The notes under the pieces are model-generated. The model saw nothing but the letters and a program-made list of their open reading frames with translations, was not told the DNA's origin and did not search any database. A stretch of DNA of 46,201 nt from Parvularia atlantis (lineage: Eukaryota), in contig CALSCO010000546.1 of NCBI GenBank assembly GCA_943704415.1, positions 1 through 46,201 on the forward strand, read 5' to 3'. The translations under genes were made by a program, and so were the position numbers. Of the stretch, positions 45,640-46,201 are shown piece after piece (the first letter of the stretch is position 1; each line of letters opens with the position of its first letter).

Positions 45640-46201
45640 CCTGACGCCGCTGCTTGACGTGGGCGCGGGGCGGGCGCGTGCGGAGGGGGCGAGGGTGGGG
45701 GCTTCTGCGGCGCGGCGCGGCGCGCGGGCGTGAGCGCGTAGGAGGGGTGCCGACGGCACGAGACAGAGAGAGAGAGAGAGAGCGACCGCGTGGCCCCCCC
45801 GCACGTCATTTCACGCTGAAACGGCGGCGTGGCAGCGCACCCCCCGTGCTGCCGTCGTGTGCGGCCCGGTGCGACCAGCCCGACGCAGGCGCGCGCGCGC
45901 GCGTGAGCGCCGGGCACGCGGCACCATCTCGGGGCGCCACGCGGGCTGCGCACGAATCGTGAGAGCGCCGGAATGTGCGGCCCCTTGATGAACGGACACG
46001 CGTTGCCATGCACAAAGCCTTTCGCGGTCGTTGTCGCATGTGCTGTCGCGGGTGCGGCCCGCGCGCACACGCTCAGCAGTCGCCGTTGTCAAACTCGAGC
46101 GCGAGGCACAGCGCGTCGTCCGCGTTGAGCGTCGCGTGGGTCCAGTAGGCTGCGCGGCGGCACGGGGGCGGGGCGATTTGTCGGTCACAAACCGGGGGGG
46201 G

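Noticed and set aside
1..46201. Many long overlapping or antisense ORFs (e.g. 358-1677, 11955-13667, 18771-20363, 40705-42123)
   Set aside because: These are Arg/Ala/Pro-rich shadow frames expected at this GC content. They lie opposite or out of frame with well-supported spliced genes and contain no recognisable motifs.
1..46201. Stop-codon reassignment, frameshifted pseudogenes or programmed frameshifting
   Set aside because: Every frame break I traced is explained by a short intron with donor, branch and acceptor signals. TGA, TAG and TAA all end genes normally.
1..46201. Introner-type repeated intron family
   Set aside because: Introns share only splice signals and GCGC-rich composition. 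I saw no near-identical copies or terminal inverted repeats. An all-vs-all alignment would be decisive.
1..46201. tRNA, rRNA, snoRNA, CRISPR array or transposon
   Set aside because: I recognised none. Non-coding gaps and introns are mostly too short, and there are no spaced repeats or transposase motifs.
45640..46201. Additional gene in the last 560 bp
   Set aside because: There are intron-like signals and a (GA)n run but no convincing coding motif. It is probably the 5' UTR or upstream exons of the RGS gene.

Overview
This is GC-rich eukaryotic nuclear DNA, probably a whole contig, since it begins and ends in G-runs. It is extremely compact yet intron-dense. By hand I reconstruct 19 spliced protein-coding genes in 46 kb, split by roughly 180-200 short introns. 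Most introns are ~45-75 nt, with a GTGCGY donor, a CTGAC/CTCAC branch point, a CAG acceptor and no polypyrimidine tract. Most ORFs in the supplied track are GC-driven shadow ORFs or exon fragments. Genes in order: Rab32/29-like GTPase with a long tail (5' partial), LisH-WD40 protein, ADF-H/SH3/SAM/RhoGAP (DLC-like), GUF1, mL44, POL5/MYBBP1A, EBP2, Ras-like GTPase, ADP1-like ABCG transporter, CDT1, Zn-MDR dehydrogenase, SNX1/Vps5, AFG2-like AAA ATPase, a 94-aa coiled-coil protein, R3H/G-patch (SQS1-like), MefA/DHA3-like MFS transporter, RRG8-like, GON4L-like and an RGS protein. The gene content suggests a unicellular opisthokont or close relative, such as a nucleariid (inference, not verified). 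Four signals stand out. (1) Same-strand genes lie only 26-29 nt apart, and one 76-nt spacer is mostly a textbook intron (23 nt after splicing), pointing to polycistronic or overlapping transcription. (2) One gene has an unusual coactosin-SH3-SAM-RhoGAP architecture. (3) GC-AG introns are frequent and one intron must use a GAG acceptor. (4) A micro-gene may be TEX12-like. CDS coordinates are genomic spans including introns. Family calls come from motif recognition, not database searches.
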